In this document: one piece after another, positions 9,874 through 20,366 of the stretch | How the letters are laid out: each line of letters begins with the position of its first letter | Position numbering within the stretch: position 1 is the stretch's first letter | Assembly (NCBI GenBank): GCA_041690035.1 | Contig: JBDNFC010000046.1 | Span: 726 to 64,725, forward strand | DNA length: 64,000 bases | DNA from: Bacteroidia bacterium | GTDB lineage: Bacteria; Bacteroidota; Bacteroidia; NS11-12g; UBA955 | Direction of reading: 5' to 3' | The notes under the pieces: generated by a model | Database searches by the model: none | What the model was told of the DNA's origin: nothing | Seen by the model: the letters and a program-made list of their open reading frames with translations, nothing else | Translations under genes and position numbers: made by a program

Positions 9874-11646
9874 ATGGGCTATAGAACACATCATTGCGGA
9901 GAATTAAACATTAAAGATACTGGTAAACAGGTAAAACTGGCTGGCTGGATTGCAAAAAACAGAGATTTTGGAGCCCTTACGTTTATAGATTTACGCGATA
10001 GGTATGGCATTACACAATTGGCTTTTAACGCTCAGTTTAATGAAGAGTTATTGAGTCAGGCTAGAAATTTAGGCAGAGAATATGTGGTTCAAGTAAGTGG
10101 GATTGTAAAGGAACGGGAGAATAAAAATCTTAAAAACCCAACAGGTGAGATAGAAATAGAAGTATTCTCTATTTTGTTGCTAAACAAGGCTAAATTGCCT
10201 CCTTTTACAATTGAAGATGAAACCGATGGAGGCGAAGAATTGCGCATGCAGTATAGGTATTTAGATATACGCAGAAATAGTGTTAGAGAAAAATTAATCC
10301 TGCGCCATACTTTGGCACAAAAAATAAGAAATTACCTAAGTAAAGAAGGGTTTTTGGAAATAGAAACCCCCGTTTTAATTAAATCAACCCCTGAAGGAGC
10401 GCGTGATTTTGTTGTGCCAAGCAGGATGAATCAAGGTGAGTTTTATGCTTTACCACAGTCTCCACAAACTTTTAAACAATTGTTAATGATAGGGGGATTG
10501 GACAAATATTTTCAGATAGTAAAATGTTTTAGGGATGAAGATTTGCGCGCAGATCGGCAGCCTGAATTTACTCAAATAGATTGTGAAATGAGTTTTGTGG
10601 AGCAAGAGGATATTTTGAATATTTTTGAAGATTTGGTGCGCCATTTATTACTAGAAATTAAAGGTGTTGAAACATCAGCTTTTTTAAGAATGTCTTATCA
10701 AGATGCCTTTTATTATTATGGAAATGACAAGCCGGATTTAAGGTTTGATATAAAATTTAATTATTTAAAAGGTGGGCGAGAAAATTTAGATTTGGTGCAA
10801 GGCGTTCATTTTAATGTTTTTGATAATGCAGTATCAGTAATTGCAATAAATTTGCCAAATGCAGCTTATTATACAAGAAAGCAGATTGATGAATGGACAG
10901 ACTTTGTTAAAACGCCACAAATAGCCGCTAGTGGATTGGTTTATTGCCGTGTGGGTAAATTGGGAGAGCATAAATCTAGTGTAGACAAATTTTATAATCA
11001 GGCTCAATTGCAAACTTGGGTAGATCATTGTAAGGCTCAAGAGGGTGACTTGCTGTTTATGCTATCTGGAGATTTGATAAAAACACAGGTTCAATTGAGC
11101 ACTTTAAGATTAGCAGTAGGCAAGGCACTCGGTTTGAGAGATAACAATACTTTTGCCCCATTATGGGTTGTAGATTTTCCGTTATTAGAGTGGGATGAGG
11201 AGCATAATCGATTTCATGCTATGCACCATCCATTTACTTCTCCAAAAATAGAGGACATTATTTTGCTAGAAACTAGTCCTGAGAAAGTGCGTGCCAATGC
11301 CTATGATATGGTAATCAATGGGGTAGAACTCGGTGGTGGATCTATTAGAATATTTAATAAAAGTCTTCAAAGCACTATGTTTGATTTATTGGGCTTCACT
11401 AAAGAAGAGGCAAATGCACAATTTGGTTTTTTAATGAATGCTTTCGAATATGGCGCACCACCGCATGGTGGCATTGCATTTGGTTTCGATAGATTATGTT
11501 CATTGCTTGGTGGTTCAGAAAGTATAAGAGATTATATTGCTTTTCCAAAAAATAATATGGGAAGAGATGTTATGATAGATGCCCCATCTATAATCGCCAA
11601 CCCTCAATTGGATGAACTTGGAATTGCTTTAAAAGCCAAAAAGTAG
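9874..11646 (+). CDS. aspS: Aspartate--tRNA ligase
   Basis: [60 protein letters not shown]. Confidence 0.99.
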   Translation: MGYRTHHCGELNIKDTGKQVKLAGWIAKNRDFGALTFIDLRDRYGITQLAFNAQFNEELLSQARNLGREYVVQVSGIVKERENKNLKNPTGEIEIEVFSILLLNKAKLPPFTIEDETDGGEELRMQYRYLDIRRNSVREKLILRHTLAQKIRNYLSKEGFLEIETPVLIKSTPEGARDFVVPSRMNQGEFYALPQSPQTFKQLLMIGGLDKYFQIVKCFRDEDLRADRQPEFTQIDCEMSFVEQEDILNIFEDLVRHLLLEIKGVETSAFLRMSYQDAFYYYGNDKPDLRFDIKFNYLKGGRENLDLVQGVHFNVFDNAVSVIAINLPNAAYYTRKQIDEWTDFVKTPQIAASGLVYCRVGKLGEHKSSVDKFYNQAQLQTWVDHCKAQEGDLLFMLSGDLIKTQVQLSTLRLAVGKALGLRDNNTFAPLWVVDFPLLEWDEEHNRFHAMHHPFTSPKIEDIILLETSPEKVRANAYDMVINGVELGGGSIRIFNKSLQSTMFDLLGFTKEEANAQFGFLMNAFEYGAPPHGGIAFGFDRLCSLLGGSESIRDYIAFPKNNMGRDVMIDAPSIIANPQLDELGIALKAKK

Positions 11647-11851
11647 TCATTGGTTTCTGGTACAAAATATTATTTTTGAAAAAATCTATTTATGTTGTCA
11701 CTTTAGATTAATGAAAATCAATCAATTATTTTAAGTATACTTTCTATTTTATCTATTTATTTTTATCTATTTATTTTTTAGATTTTAATGCAAATTTGTA
11801 TTGTTGATTACTAAAATAAAATTATTTATAAATTGTGCTTATTTTTGCATA

Positions 11852-12829
11852 ATGAAATGGAAAAGGTTATTTACAATTTTTAGTTTATTGGTTTTGGTTT
11901 ATTCATGCGTGCCGCATCGCAAATATTTGCAATCGCAATCTGAGGTAGAAAATCTAAATGCAAAAACTGCTGCAATGCAAACTAATATAGATCAACTGCA
12001 AAAGGATCAACAATTGCTAACTGCTCAGCAAATAAAATTGACACAAGAATTAGAAAATCTAAAAAGAGACAGCATTGCTATGCAAAAGGCATTAGATATG
12101 CAAATAAAGGCTTATGAAAACTTAACTCAAGTGCAGCAAAAAACAATTTCAAATAATGAGAGTGAGAATTCAAAAATGTTGACTGAGTTAAACAAACGCT
12201 CCGAGGAGTTAAAGAAAAAAGAATTAGAACTTGCTGCAAAAGAAGAATTATTTATTGCATCGCAGGGAAAAAACAAAAATTTAAGCTTAGGATTAGTAGA
12301 GCGGGAGGCTAAAATTTTGGAGCTAGAAAAGGCATTGAAACAAAAAGATTCTGCGGTAAAAGCATTAAACAAAAATGTAGCCAATGCACTAAAGGGCTAC
12401 AATAATATGGGGCTTACTATCACAGAAAAAGACGGAAAAGTTTATGTAAGTTTAGAAGAAAAACTATTGTTCAAATCTGGTTCTTATGCCATAGATGAAA
12501 AGGGAAAAGCAGTGCTATTAAATGTTGCCAAAGCATTAAATGAAAATTCTGATATCACAATAATGATAGAAGGACACACAGATAACGTGCCATTATTAGG
12601 CAAAGGTGTAATAAAAGATAATTGGGATTTAAGTGTATTAAGGGCAACCACAATTGTGCGCATATTGGTAGAAGATGGCAAGGTAAACCCAACCAAAATT
12701 ATTCCTTGCGGCAGAGGAGAATTTTCGCCAATAGACAAAGCAAATACAGCAGACGCTAGGCAAGCCAATCGAAGAATAGAAATTATTTTAACGCCCAAGT
12801 TAAGCGAACTATTAAAAAGTTTAGAATAG
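11852..12829 (+). CDS. OmpA/MotB-family lipoprotein with long coiled coil
   Basis: Lipobox LVYSC; coiled coil; LLFKSGS...IEGHTDN...NWDLSVLRA...NRRIEII. Confidence 0.9.
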   Translation: MKWKRLFTIFSLLVLVYSCVPHRKYLQSQSEVENLNAKTAAMQTNIDQLQKDQQLLTAQQIKLTQELENLKRDSIAMQKALDMQIKAYENLTQVQQKTISNNESENSKMLTELNKRSEELKKKELELAAKEELFIASQGKNKNLSLGLVEREAKILELEKALKQKDSAVKALNKNVANALKGYNNMGLTITEKDGKVYVSLEEKLLFKSGSYAIDEKGKAVLLNVAKALNENSDITIMIEGHTDNVPLLGKGVIKDNWDLSVLRATTIVRILVEDGKVNPTKIIPCGRGEFSPIDKANTADARQANRRIEIILTPKLSELLKSLE

Positions 12830-12848
12830 TTTATCGCTAACAACCTTT

Positions 12849-14021
12849 ATGGATATTAATTTTTTTGATGATGCCCAATCGGTAAATTTATTGCCCCTAA
12901 CCTTTACTAGGCCATGTGCTTTATTGAGTTGCGGTATGCTTTCGTTGGTCGATAAATGGAAAAACTATCTTCCAATATCTGCCATTGGTTTTCAGACAGA
13001 TAAATACTTAGCCAACTTGTTTCCTAGCATCAATGCGGTTTTTTTTATAAATGGAAGACTCATCCCAGATAAAATGATTGTTCAAGCAGTTTTGGCATTA
13101 CAGCCAGGCGACTACCTTATGCAAAAAGATACAGTTTTAGCTTATCATACTAAACAAGAACGCAAAATGCCTTTTATGGAAAGTGTAAATATACTCAATA
13201 ATCCTAGCGATATTTTTGTAAAAAATGGTCAAGAAATTATACATGATTTTAGTTTTTTAGACATTTCAAAATATAGTACAACAATTGATGATAGCAACAC
13301 AATCATAGGAGATAAATCGCAAATTTATGCAGCACCAGGAGCAAAAATTGTTGCAAGTATATTAAACACCAAAAATGGGCCAATCTATATAGGAAAGGAT
13401 GCAGAAATAATGGAAGGGTGCATGGTTAGAGGGCCTTTTTCTATGGGTGAAAATGCCGTACTAAAAATGGGCAGTAAAATTTATGAAGGCACAAGTATCG
13501 GCAATTTTAGTAAAATAGGCGGAGAGGTAAATAATACTGTAATATTTAGTTATAGCAATAAAGGACATGATGGTTTTTTAGGAAATAGTGTGATAGGCGA
13601 ATGGTGTAATTTGGGAGCTGACACCAATAATTCTAATTTAAAAAACAATTATGAAGAAGTGAAACTATGGAACTATGCTAGTAAACGATTTGAAAAAACA
13701 GGGCTTCAGTTTTGTGGTCTAATTATGGGAGATCATAGTAAAACAGGCATCAATACAATGTTAAATACAGGAACAGTTATTGGGGTTTCGTGCAATATTT
13801 TTGGCAGTGGATTTCCTAGAAATTTTGTACCTTCATTTGCTTGGGGCGGAGCAGCAGGATTTACAACATATCAAATAGATAAGGCACTACAAACAGCAAG
13901 TTTAGTATATCAACGCAGAAAAAAGAAAATGCAATTGGAAGAAGAGTATCTATTAAAAAGTATATTTGACATGGAGTCTGAGAATAGAATTTGGGAAAAT
14001 AAAGTAGGAGTTAATGAATAA
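12849..14021 (+). CDS. Bacteroidota GlmU-family protein (sugar nucleotidyltransferase-like domain + hexapeptide repeats)
   Basis: LLPLTFTRP; left-handed beta-helix GPIYIGKDAEIMEG; NKGHDGFLGNSVIGEWCNLGADTNNSNLKNNY. Confidence 0.9.
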   Translation: MDINFFDDAQSVNLLPLTFTRPCALLSCGMLSLVDKWKNYLPISAIGFQTDKYLANLFPSINAVFFINGRLIPDKMIVQAVLALQPGDYLMQKDTVLAYHTKQERKMPFMESVNILNNPSDIFVKNGQEIIHDFSFLDISKYSTTIDDSNTIIGDKSQIYAAPGAKIVASILNTKNGPIYIGKDAEIMEGCMVRGPFSMGENAVLKMGSKIYEGTSIGNFSKIGGEVNNTVIFSYSNKGHDGFLGNSVIGEWCNLGADTNNSNLKNNYEEVKLWNYASKRFEKTGLQFCGLIMGDHSKTGINTMLNTGTVIGVSCNIFGSGFPRNFVPSFAWGGAAGFTTYQIDKALQTASLVYQRRKKKMQLEEEYLLKSIFDMESENRIWENKVGVNE

Positions 14022-14787
14022 GAGAAAAAAAATTATAGCAGGAAATTGGAAAATGAATACCAATCTAACAGAGGCTTTAGCCTTAACTGTAGAGATAGCA
14101 GGTATTTACAAAGATGAAGTTTCAAGCGATGTTCAATTGATTATTTGCCCTCCATTTATTAGCTTGGCAGCGGTAGTTAAATTACTAAATAATCATCCAA
14201 CAATTGCTGTTGGGGCACAAAATTGCCATCATGAATCTGCAGGGGCATATACAGGCGAAGTGGCTGCAAGTATGATTTCGGAATTGGGAGTAAAATATAT
14301 CATAATTGGTCATTCAGAGAGAAGGCAATTTGCCCATGAAGGAAACGAACTCCTTGCATTAAAAATTAGATTAGCATTAGAAAATAGTCTTTTGCCAATT
14401 TATTGTTTTGGTGAAACCCAAGTGGAGCGCAAGAGCGGAGAATATACTAAGGTAATAAGAGATCAAATAAAAGAAGGTCTTTTTAATTTATCAACAACAG
14501 ATTTTGGCAAAGTTATTTTAGCTTACGAGCCAGTTTGGGCTATTGGCACTGGCGAAACAGCTACTCCAAAGCAAGCCAACGAAATACATTTGATGGTGCG
14601 AAATCAGATAGCTGAACACTATGGTGAAACAGTTGCACAAAATTGCAGTATTTTGTATGGGGGTTCTGTAAAGCCAACCAATGCCGAAGAATTATTTAAT
14701 CAGCCAGATATAGATGGTGGATTAATAGGCGGTGCTGCACTAGAAGCGCGCTCGTTTATTGGAATTGTGAAAGCTGCCAATGCTTAA
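14014..14787 (+). CDS. tpiA: Triosephosphate isomerase
   Basis: IAGNWKMN, GHSERR, AYEPVWAIGTG, LYGGSV, DGGLIGGA. Confidence 0.99.
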   Translation: MNKRKKIIAGNWKMNTNLTEALALTVEIAGIYKDEVSSDVQLIICPPFISLAAVVKLLNNHPTIAVGAQNCHHESAGAYTGEVAASMISELGVKYIIIGHSERRQFAHEGNELLALKIRLALENSLLPIYCFGETQVERKSGEYTKVIRDQIKEGLFNLSTTDFGKVILAYEPVWAIGTGETATPKQANEIHLMVRNQIAEHYGETVAQNCSILYGGSVKPTNAEELFNQPDIDGGLIGGAALEARSFIGIVKAANA

Positions 14788-14814
14788 ATATTAATTTTTT
14801 GGAACATTCAATAT

Positions 14815-14830
14815 TTGGAATATTTATTGC
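14815..14830 (+). promoter_or_regulatory. Putative sigma54-type -24/-12 element upstream of the 1451-aa gene
   Basis: TTGGAATATTTATTGC (GG-N10-GC), 35 nt before the ATG at 14866. Confidence 0.4.
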
Positions 14831-14865
14831 GTTAAATAAATACTAGCCCATATTTTAATATATAT

Positions 14866-17800
14866 ATGAATTTTTTTTTAAAAAATATTTTTTTGTTAAT
14901 CTGCTTGTTATTTATAACAAATTTGCATGCCCAAAAGAGTTTTTCTAGAGACTCTGCAAAATTCATAGAAGAGTATAATAGTTTTGTAAATAACATTAAT
15001 TCTTCAGAGGCAAAAGAGGTAACTAAATTATTTAAGACTTATTGGTCTACTGGCAAAATTCCTGTAGCAGAGCGGAATAGTATCAATCAATTGGCAAATG
15101 AAATGTTGATGAATAATTTTAATCCAAACCCTCATTTTTTATTGTTAACCCAATGTATTAATGCATGGGTCGGGGGTAATTATCCAATAAAATTACTTTC
15201 AGACTTTTTGGCGATTTGTCAAAAAAATATGATTGCAAATAAATTAGGTATGGTAGCTTATATGAATACCATCATACCCCTTTTTAGCCAAAACATTATA
15301 AATGAAAGCGGACAAAAAAAGTGGTTTATGCAGTCAAGAGATTTTACACTTAATAGTGCTGGAGATTTGAGTATCAGTTTTGGCAAAGGCAATTTTGTTT
15401 GCAAAGGACCTATTGATAGTATGGTGATAGAAAACACTAGTGGTATTTTTTTTCCCGACAAGAATATATGGAAAGCTACAAGTGGCAGAGTTACTTGGGC
15501 AAGACATGGAAATATGGAGGCTTTTGTAGAATTTAGTTTATACGAGATAGATTTATCAAGCAATGAGCTAATTGTACAAAATGCATTATATACAAATAAA
15601 AAGTATTTTGCAGGTATTGTTAAAGGACAGTTTAAAGATAAAGTTTCATATTCCACAGATAGCAATCAAGTAAACAAGTCAAGTTTTCCAGAATTTAGCA
15701 CTTATGAATCTGCTGTAGAAATTAAAAATTTGATAGGCACAAGTGCAAAGTATTTTGGAGGGTTATCTGTAAAAGGCACAGATATTTTTTCTCAATCTAT
15801 TGGCGATAGGCCTGCAAAGGTTGAACTTTTGTTTAAAGGTAAGCCGAAAATTATAGCATATTCGTCTACATTTAAGATTGTAGATAGCACATTGATGTCG
15901 CAAAGCGCAGAAATTACTGTGTTAATGGATACAGGAACAGTTTATCATCCTCAGGCTATATTCAACTTTAATTTTAGAAAAAACTTTGTGGTAATTAGCA
16001 GGGGAGAAGCAGGATTGACAAGGGTAAATTTTATTGACAACTATCACAATTTAGCCATAGAAACAGACCATATAAAATGGGATTTAAGTACCCCATTTGT
16101 AGATTTTGACAACATTAGCAATGACAAAGCAGCTGCCATAGAATCATCTAGCTTCTATAAACAATTTAGGTACGAAAAAATACAAGGTATGTTGGCTTAT
16201 AATCCCATAGAATTAATTATGGCTTATTTAATGCAAGAGCGTGTAAAGAAATTTTACTTACCCGATTATGCAAAACATAGAAAAAATACAAAGCAGAACT
16301 TGCAGCAACAAATTTATGACTTAGCAGACGATGGTTTTATTAGATATGATCCTAAAACAGATACGATTTTTGCGCAGCCAAAGCTGTATAATTATTACTT
16401 TAATAATATGAAAACCAAAGATTATGATGTTATTAGATTTTCTAGCGTTATAGCTGCTAAAAGCAATGCTACATTAAATTTGTTAAATAATAATATTACA
16501 ATAGAAGGTGTAAGAAGGTTTAATTTTTCTGATTCACAAAATGTAATTGCTTTGCCAACAGAGCAAACTATATCCGTAAAAGGTGATAGAACCTTTATGT
16601 TTGGTGGTATGATGCGTGCCGGCAGATTTGATTTATTTAGTAAAAACTTTATTTTTGACTACCACAGATTTGCCATATTACCCACTACTATAGATTCTTT
16701 GCGCCTATATTTTCCTGATAGCAATAATAGTATGCGCAAGGTAAATAGTGTATTAACTAACCTTTATGGTACACTAGAAATAGATAAACCTACCAATAAA
16801 TCAGGTTTAATAGATTTTCCAGAATATCCAAGATTTAAGAGTGAAAAAGGATCAGAAATTACTTATGATAGGCCAGAAACGCATAATAATGCCTACAAAG
16901 CTGGTAATTTTAAATTTATTGTAGATCCTTTTGAAATAGACAGTATGGATAACTTTACCGTGCAAGGTTTGCAATTTGATGGTACATTTATATCAGATGA
17001 TATTTTTCCGGATTTTAGATATAAAGCCAGTATTCAAGAAGATTTTTCGCTTGGGTTTAAAACCAGCACCCCGACAGGGGGTTATCCAATGTATAAAGGA
17101 AAAGGCAAGGGAGATATGTTGATTAGTTTGAGCAATAGAGGTCTATATGGTACAGGCAAGATGGAATATAATGGCAGTACCGTAGAATCGGAGAGTTTTT
17201 TATTATTGCCAGGCAAAAGTATAGCCACTGCTAAAAAATTTACTATGCCAGAGTCTGTAAAATACCCTGCAGTGGTGGGCTCAAATTTGGCAACAGAGTT
17301 TAATCCCTATTCAGATAATATGGCCATAAAAACGAGTGGAGAAGAAAAACTTAAAGTTTTTAAAATGGGGTATGATTTTTCTGGTACAATGAAAGTTACA
17401 CCCACTGCTATAAAAGGAGATGGAATTCTAACATGGAATGAAGCAGAGTTTACATCTAGCAATATGACTTTTGCCACCAATGGCGCTAAAGCAGATACCT
17501 CTGCAATTAAAATCTATGCAGCAGACCCTGCAAAAATTGCCTTTCAAAGTGGTGATTTAAAAAGCAATTTGGATTTTACAAAAAGAGAAGGAAAATTTGT
17601 TTCCAATATTGCGGGATCGCTTACCCAACTTCCTTTTAATAAGTATGCATCTAATTTAAACGATTATAAGTGGAATATGGATGCAGGTACATTAGATATT
17701 AATTTAGGAAATATGGCAGGTATAAAGCCTTATTTTGTTGCTACAAATGATGGTGTAGATTCTTTGAAGTTTGAAGCAAAACATGCTTTGTTTAATATAA

Positions 17801-19221
17801 AAACAGGAGTATTGGCTATAGACCAAATACCGTACATAGATGTAGCAGATAGCAGGGTTTTTCCGTCAGATGGCAAGGCTATAGTGCGCGAAAATGCTGT
17901 GATAGATAGACTAGATAGTAGTAAAATTGACGCTAATAGGGATGATAAGTTTCACCAATTTTTTAATTGTAAAACATACATTTGGGGCAGAAACTCATTG
18001 CGTGCAAATGGGCTATTCAAATACGAAAACAAAAATGGCAAACAACAAATATTCTTTGACAGCATTTATGCAAGCAATAAAATAGTTTTAGCAGATGCCT
18101 ACATAAAAGAGTCTCAAAATTTTGAGATAGATAGAAAAATTGCTTATCAAGGAATTATGCGTGTAAAAGGTTACTCCTCTTTTCCTCACCTTATTGGTTT
18201 TGTAAAACCATTGCATGGTTTTGATTCTTTTCCTAGCAAGTGGGCGAGGTATAGAGATAGTATTGATAGAAATAATGTAGTAATATATTATGGTATCCCT
18301 CAAGATGAGGATGGCAGAAAGTTGCCAAATGGAATTTATGCCCATACAGATGGCAGTGGTTATTATCCTTCTTTTCAAGGTTGGAAAACTCGCTATACTG
18401 ACGATGAAATAACTGCTGATACAGGAGTGCTTTATTATGACTATACCAAAAAACTATTGGTAATGGGGGCTAAGGCTAAATTATTTGATAGAAATTTGAT
18501 TGGTAATCATATGACAATAGACCCTGTAGCAGGTAGATTGGATGCATATGGCAGATTAGATTTTGGATTTGAGTATAAAGATGTGCGTATCGATATGGCA
18601 GGGCAAGCAAGTTATCAAAAATTGGATACTTCTTTTACTTTTAACACCCTTAATATTTTTAAGTTTCCGATGCCAAAAGAGATCACAGCCCAAATAGCAA
18701 AGATGGCTACTGATGCAGGCGGTGTAAAAGCGGCTAGCAATACCCCCGATAATAGAAATGCTTTTGGGGCTTTCTTTGATGATGAAAAAGAGGCTATAAA
18801 AGCCACCAATGGCTTAAATTCTAATAATAAATTTTATAATGGCAGCGATGCCGATGGATTATTAGTTTTTAGAATAAATAATTTAAGACATGTACCTGCC
18901 CAAAGAGCGCTTTATAGTAAAAGTGGTATAGAATTATATCAAGTGGGTGATAATCTTATTAATACTACTTTTGATTGTTTATATGAAATAGAAAAAAAGC
19001 GTAGTGGCGATAATTTTACCATTTATATAGAATTTACAAAAAATGACTGGATATACATAAATTTTATTAGGGGTGTTTTTTATATTCTAAGCAGCGACCC
19101 TAAGTTTAATGAGCAAATACCCCTGCTGGCAGAAAAGGCAGATAAAGAAAACTTTAGCCTTAGGCTGGCTCCACCTCGTTCTATTGTGAGATTGCAAGAT
19201 AGCTATGCAGAGCAACCTTAA
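14866..19221 (+). CDS. Large exported beta-rich hypothetical protein (1451 aa)
   Basis: Uninterrupted ORF, signal peptide ending LHAQ, helical N-domain then long beta-strand-rich region. Confidence 0.85.
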   Translation: MNFFLKNIFLLICLLFITNLHAQKSFSRDSAKFIEEYNSFVNNINSSEAKEVTKLFKTYWSTGKIPVAERNSINQLANEMLMNNFNPNPHFLLLTQCINAWVGGNYPIKLLSDFLAICQKNMIANKLGMVAYMNTIIPLFSQNIINESGQKKWFMQSRDFTLNSAGDLSISFGKGNFVCKGPIDSMVIENTSGIFFPDKNIWKATSGRVTWARHGNMEAFVEFSLYEIDLSSNELIVQNALYTNKKYFAGIVKGQFKDKVSYSTDSNQVNKSSFPEFSTYESAVEIKNLIGTSAKYFGGLSVKGTDIFSQSIGDRPAKVELLFKGKPKIIAYSSTFKIVDSTLMSQSAEITVLMDTGTVYHPQAIFNFNFRKNFVVISRGEAGLTRVNFIDNYHNLAIETDHIKWDLSTPFVDFDNISNDKAAAIESSSFYKQFRYEKIQGMLAYNPIELIMAYLMQERVKKFYLPDYAKHRKNTKQNLQQQIYDLADDGFIRYDPKTDTIFAQPKLYNYYFNNMKTKDYDVIRFSSVIAAKSNATLNLLNNNITIEGVRRFNFSDSQNVIALPTEQTISVKGDRTFMFGGMMRAGRFDLFSKNFIFDYHRFAILPTTIDSLRLYFPDSNNSMRKVNSVLTNLYGTLEIDKPTNKSGLIDFPEYPRFKSEKGSEITYDRPETHNNAYKAGNFKFIVDPFEIDSMDNFTVQGLQFDGTFISDDIFPDFRYKASIQEDFSLGFKTSTPTGGYPMYKGKGKGDMLISLSNRGLYGTGKMEYNGSTVESESFLLLPGKSIATAKKFTMPESVKYPAVVGSNLATEFNPYSDNMAIKTSGEEKLKVFKMGYDFSGTMKVTPTAIKGDGILTWNEAEFTSSNMTFATNGAKADTSAIKIYAADPAKIAFQSGDLKSNLDFTKREGKFVSNIAGSLTQLPFNKYASNLNDYKWNMDAGTLDINLGNMAGIKPYFVATNDGVDSLKFEAKHALFNIKTGVLAIDQIPYIDVADSRVFPSDGKAIVRENAVIDRLDSSKIDANRDDKFHQFFNCKTYIWGRNSLRANGLFKYENKNGKQQIFFDSIYASNKIVLADAYIKESQNFEIDRKIAYQGIMRVKGYSSFPHLIGFVKPLHGFDSFPSKWARYRDSIDRNNVVIYYGIPQDEDGRKLPNGIYAHTDGSGYYPSFQGWKTRYTDDEITADTGVLYYDYTKKLLVMGAKAKLFDRNLIGNHMTIDPVAGRLDAYGRLDFGFEYKDVRIDMAGQASYQKLDTSFTFNTLNIFKFPMPKEITAQIAKMATDAGGVKAASNTPDNRNAFGAFFDDEKEAIKATNGLNSNNKFYNGSDADGLLVFRINNLRHVPAQRALYSKSGIELYQVGDNLINTTFDCLYEIEKKRSGDNFTIYIEFTKNDWIYINFIRGVFYILSSDPKFNEQIPLLAEKADKENFSLRLAPPRSIVRLQDSYAEQP

Positions 19222-19544
19222 GTTTTAATATAAAACCTTTGGGCGCTTAAAATAGATTAGAATTCACTCCTTCTTTTATTTGCATAGTGTGCCAAAATCT
19301 AACTCTTTTGCTTAGTTTAATGGTTTTTGGAATAGCTGAAATAATTTTTATAATTTGCGCTATTGATGTTGTATAAAATATTAATTATATTTGTTTGTTC
19401 GTATAATAATTGTTGAATAATAATAGATTTTAGCAGTAAAATAAGAAAATATTAAGGATTATGATATTATTAGATTGATACTTAAAAGAAATTAGAGCCG
19501 AAGAAAAAAGTTTCAATTGCAAAAGCTATTTTAAAAATAAGTAC

Positions 19545-20350
19545 TTGATTTTAGTATTCTTATTCCTGATTATAGGCAATGTTAATGCCCAAACGCTTTT
19601 TAAACTATGGGGCAGCAATGGAAAAATAACCCAAGGAAATCCCAAAACTAGCTATTATATTAAAATGGATACTATTGCTAGAGGCAATTTATATCATAAA
19701 AATACGCAAGTAACTAAATATTTGGGTAATGCAATATTGCCAGCTCAATTATTTTTCTATTGTCCAGTGGTTTTGGGCAATGATGACCAAACTATGATTA
19801 ATATTGAACCTATTGCTACTATTTTTTTTAGGGGGTCAATGTGTATTGATGGTTTTTGATTAAATAAATCAACACTCAATAATGATAATATAGAAAATGT
19901 ATAAAAAAAATGTTTTAATAAAATAACCTGAAATAAAAAACAATGCTTTTTTGCATTTTTCAAATGCCTATAAAATTACAGAAAGCACTTGGCTAATTTA
20001 TGGGGTAGATTCAATTGGCAATTTAGTTAATTTTAAGTTTTATTACGATTCTTTTATTGAAATTAATACCATTAATTTTCTTGATTTTTCGAGCAGCTAT
20101 TCACGTTTTTATTATCCTATTGATATGGCTAGGTCTTTTTCTTTTAATAACAAGTTTCAATTAATTCAATTTTCTCATTATCAAATGAATAATTATCTGT
20201 TAACATTTGGTGAGCAAAAATAGGTTTTTACAGTAATTTTCAATCTGCGGGTTTATACAAGTGTCTTTTTGTATTAGATAATTTAATTTATCATACAGAT
20301 TTGATGCTTTTGCGTTAATTATTTTCAATTTTAAAAAAAGGTATTTGTAA
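19545..20350 (+). pseudogene. Fragmented secreted-protein gene
   Basis: Signal-peptide-like start (LILVFLFLIIGNVNAQ). Same-strand fragments 19545-19859 and 19951-20223, plus a frameshifted continuation (IGFYSNFQSAGLYK...) ending at about 20350. TATATTTG promoter at 19386-19393. Confidence 0.5.
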
Positions 20351-20366
20351 ACTTTTTTATGGTAAC

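Noticed and set aside
11741-11780. TTTATCTATTTA-type short repeats after aspS
   Set aside because: Low-complexity AT slippage with no spacer structure.
11852-12829. MotB-like protein as evidence of flagella
   Set aside because: No MotA or flagellar genes nearby; this OmpA/MotB lipoprotein family is routine in non-flagellated Bacteroidota.
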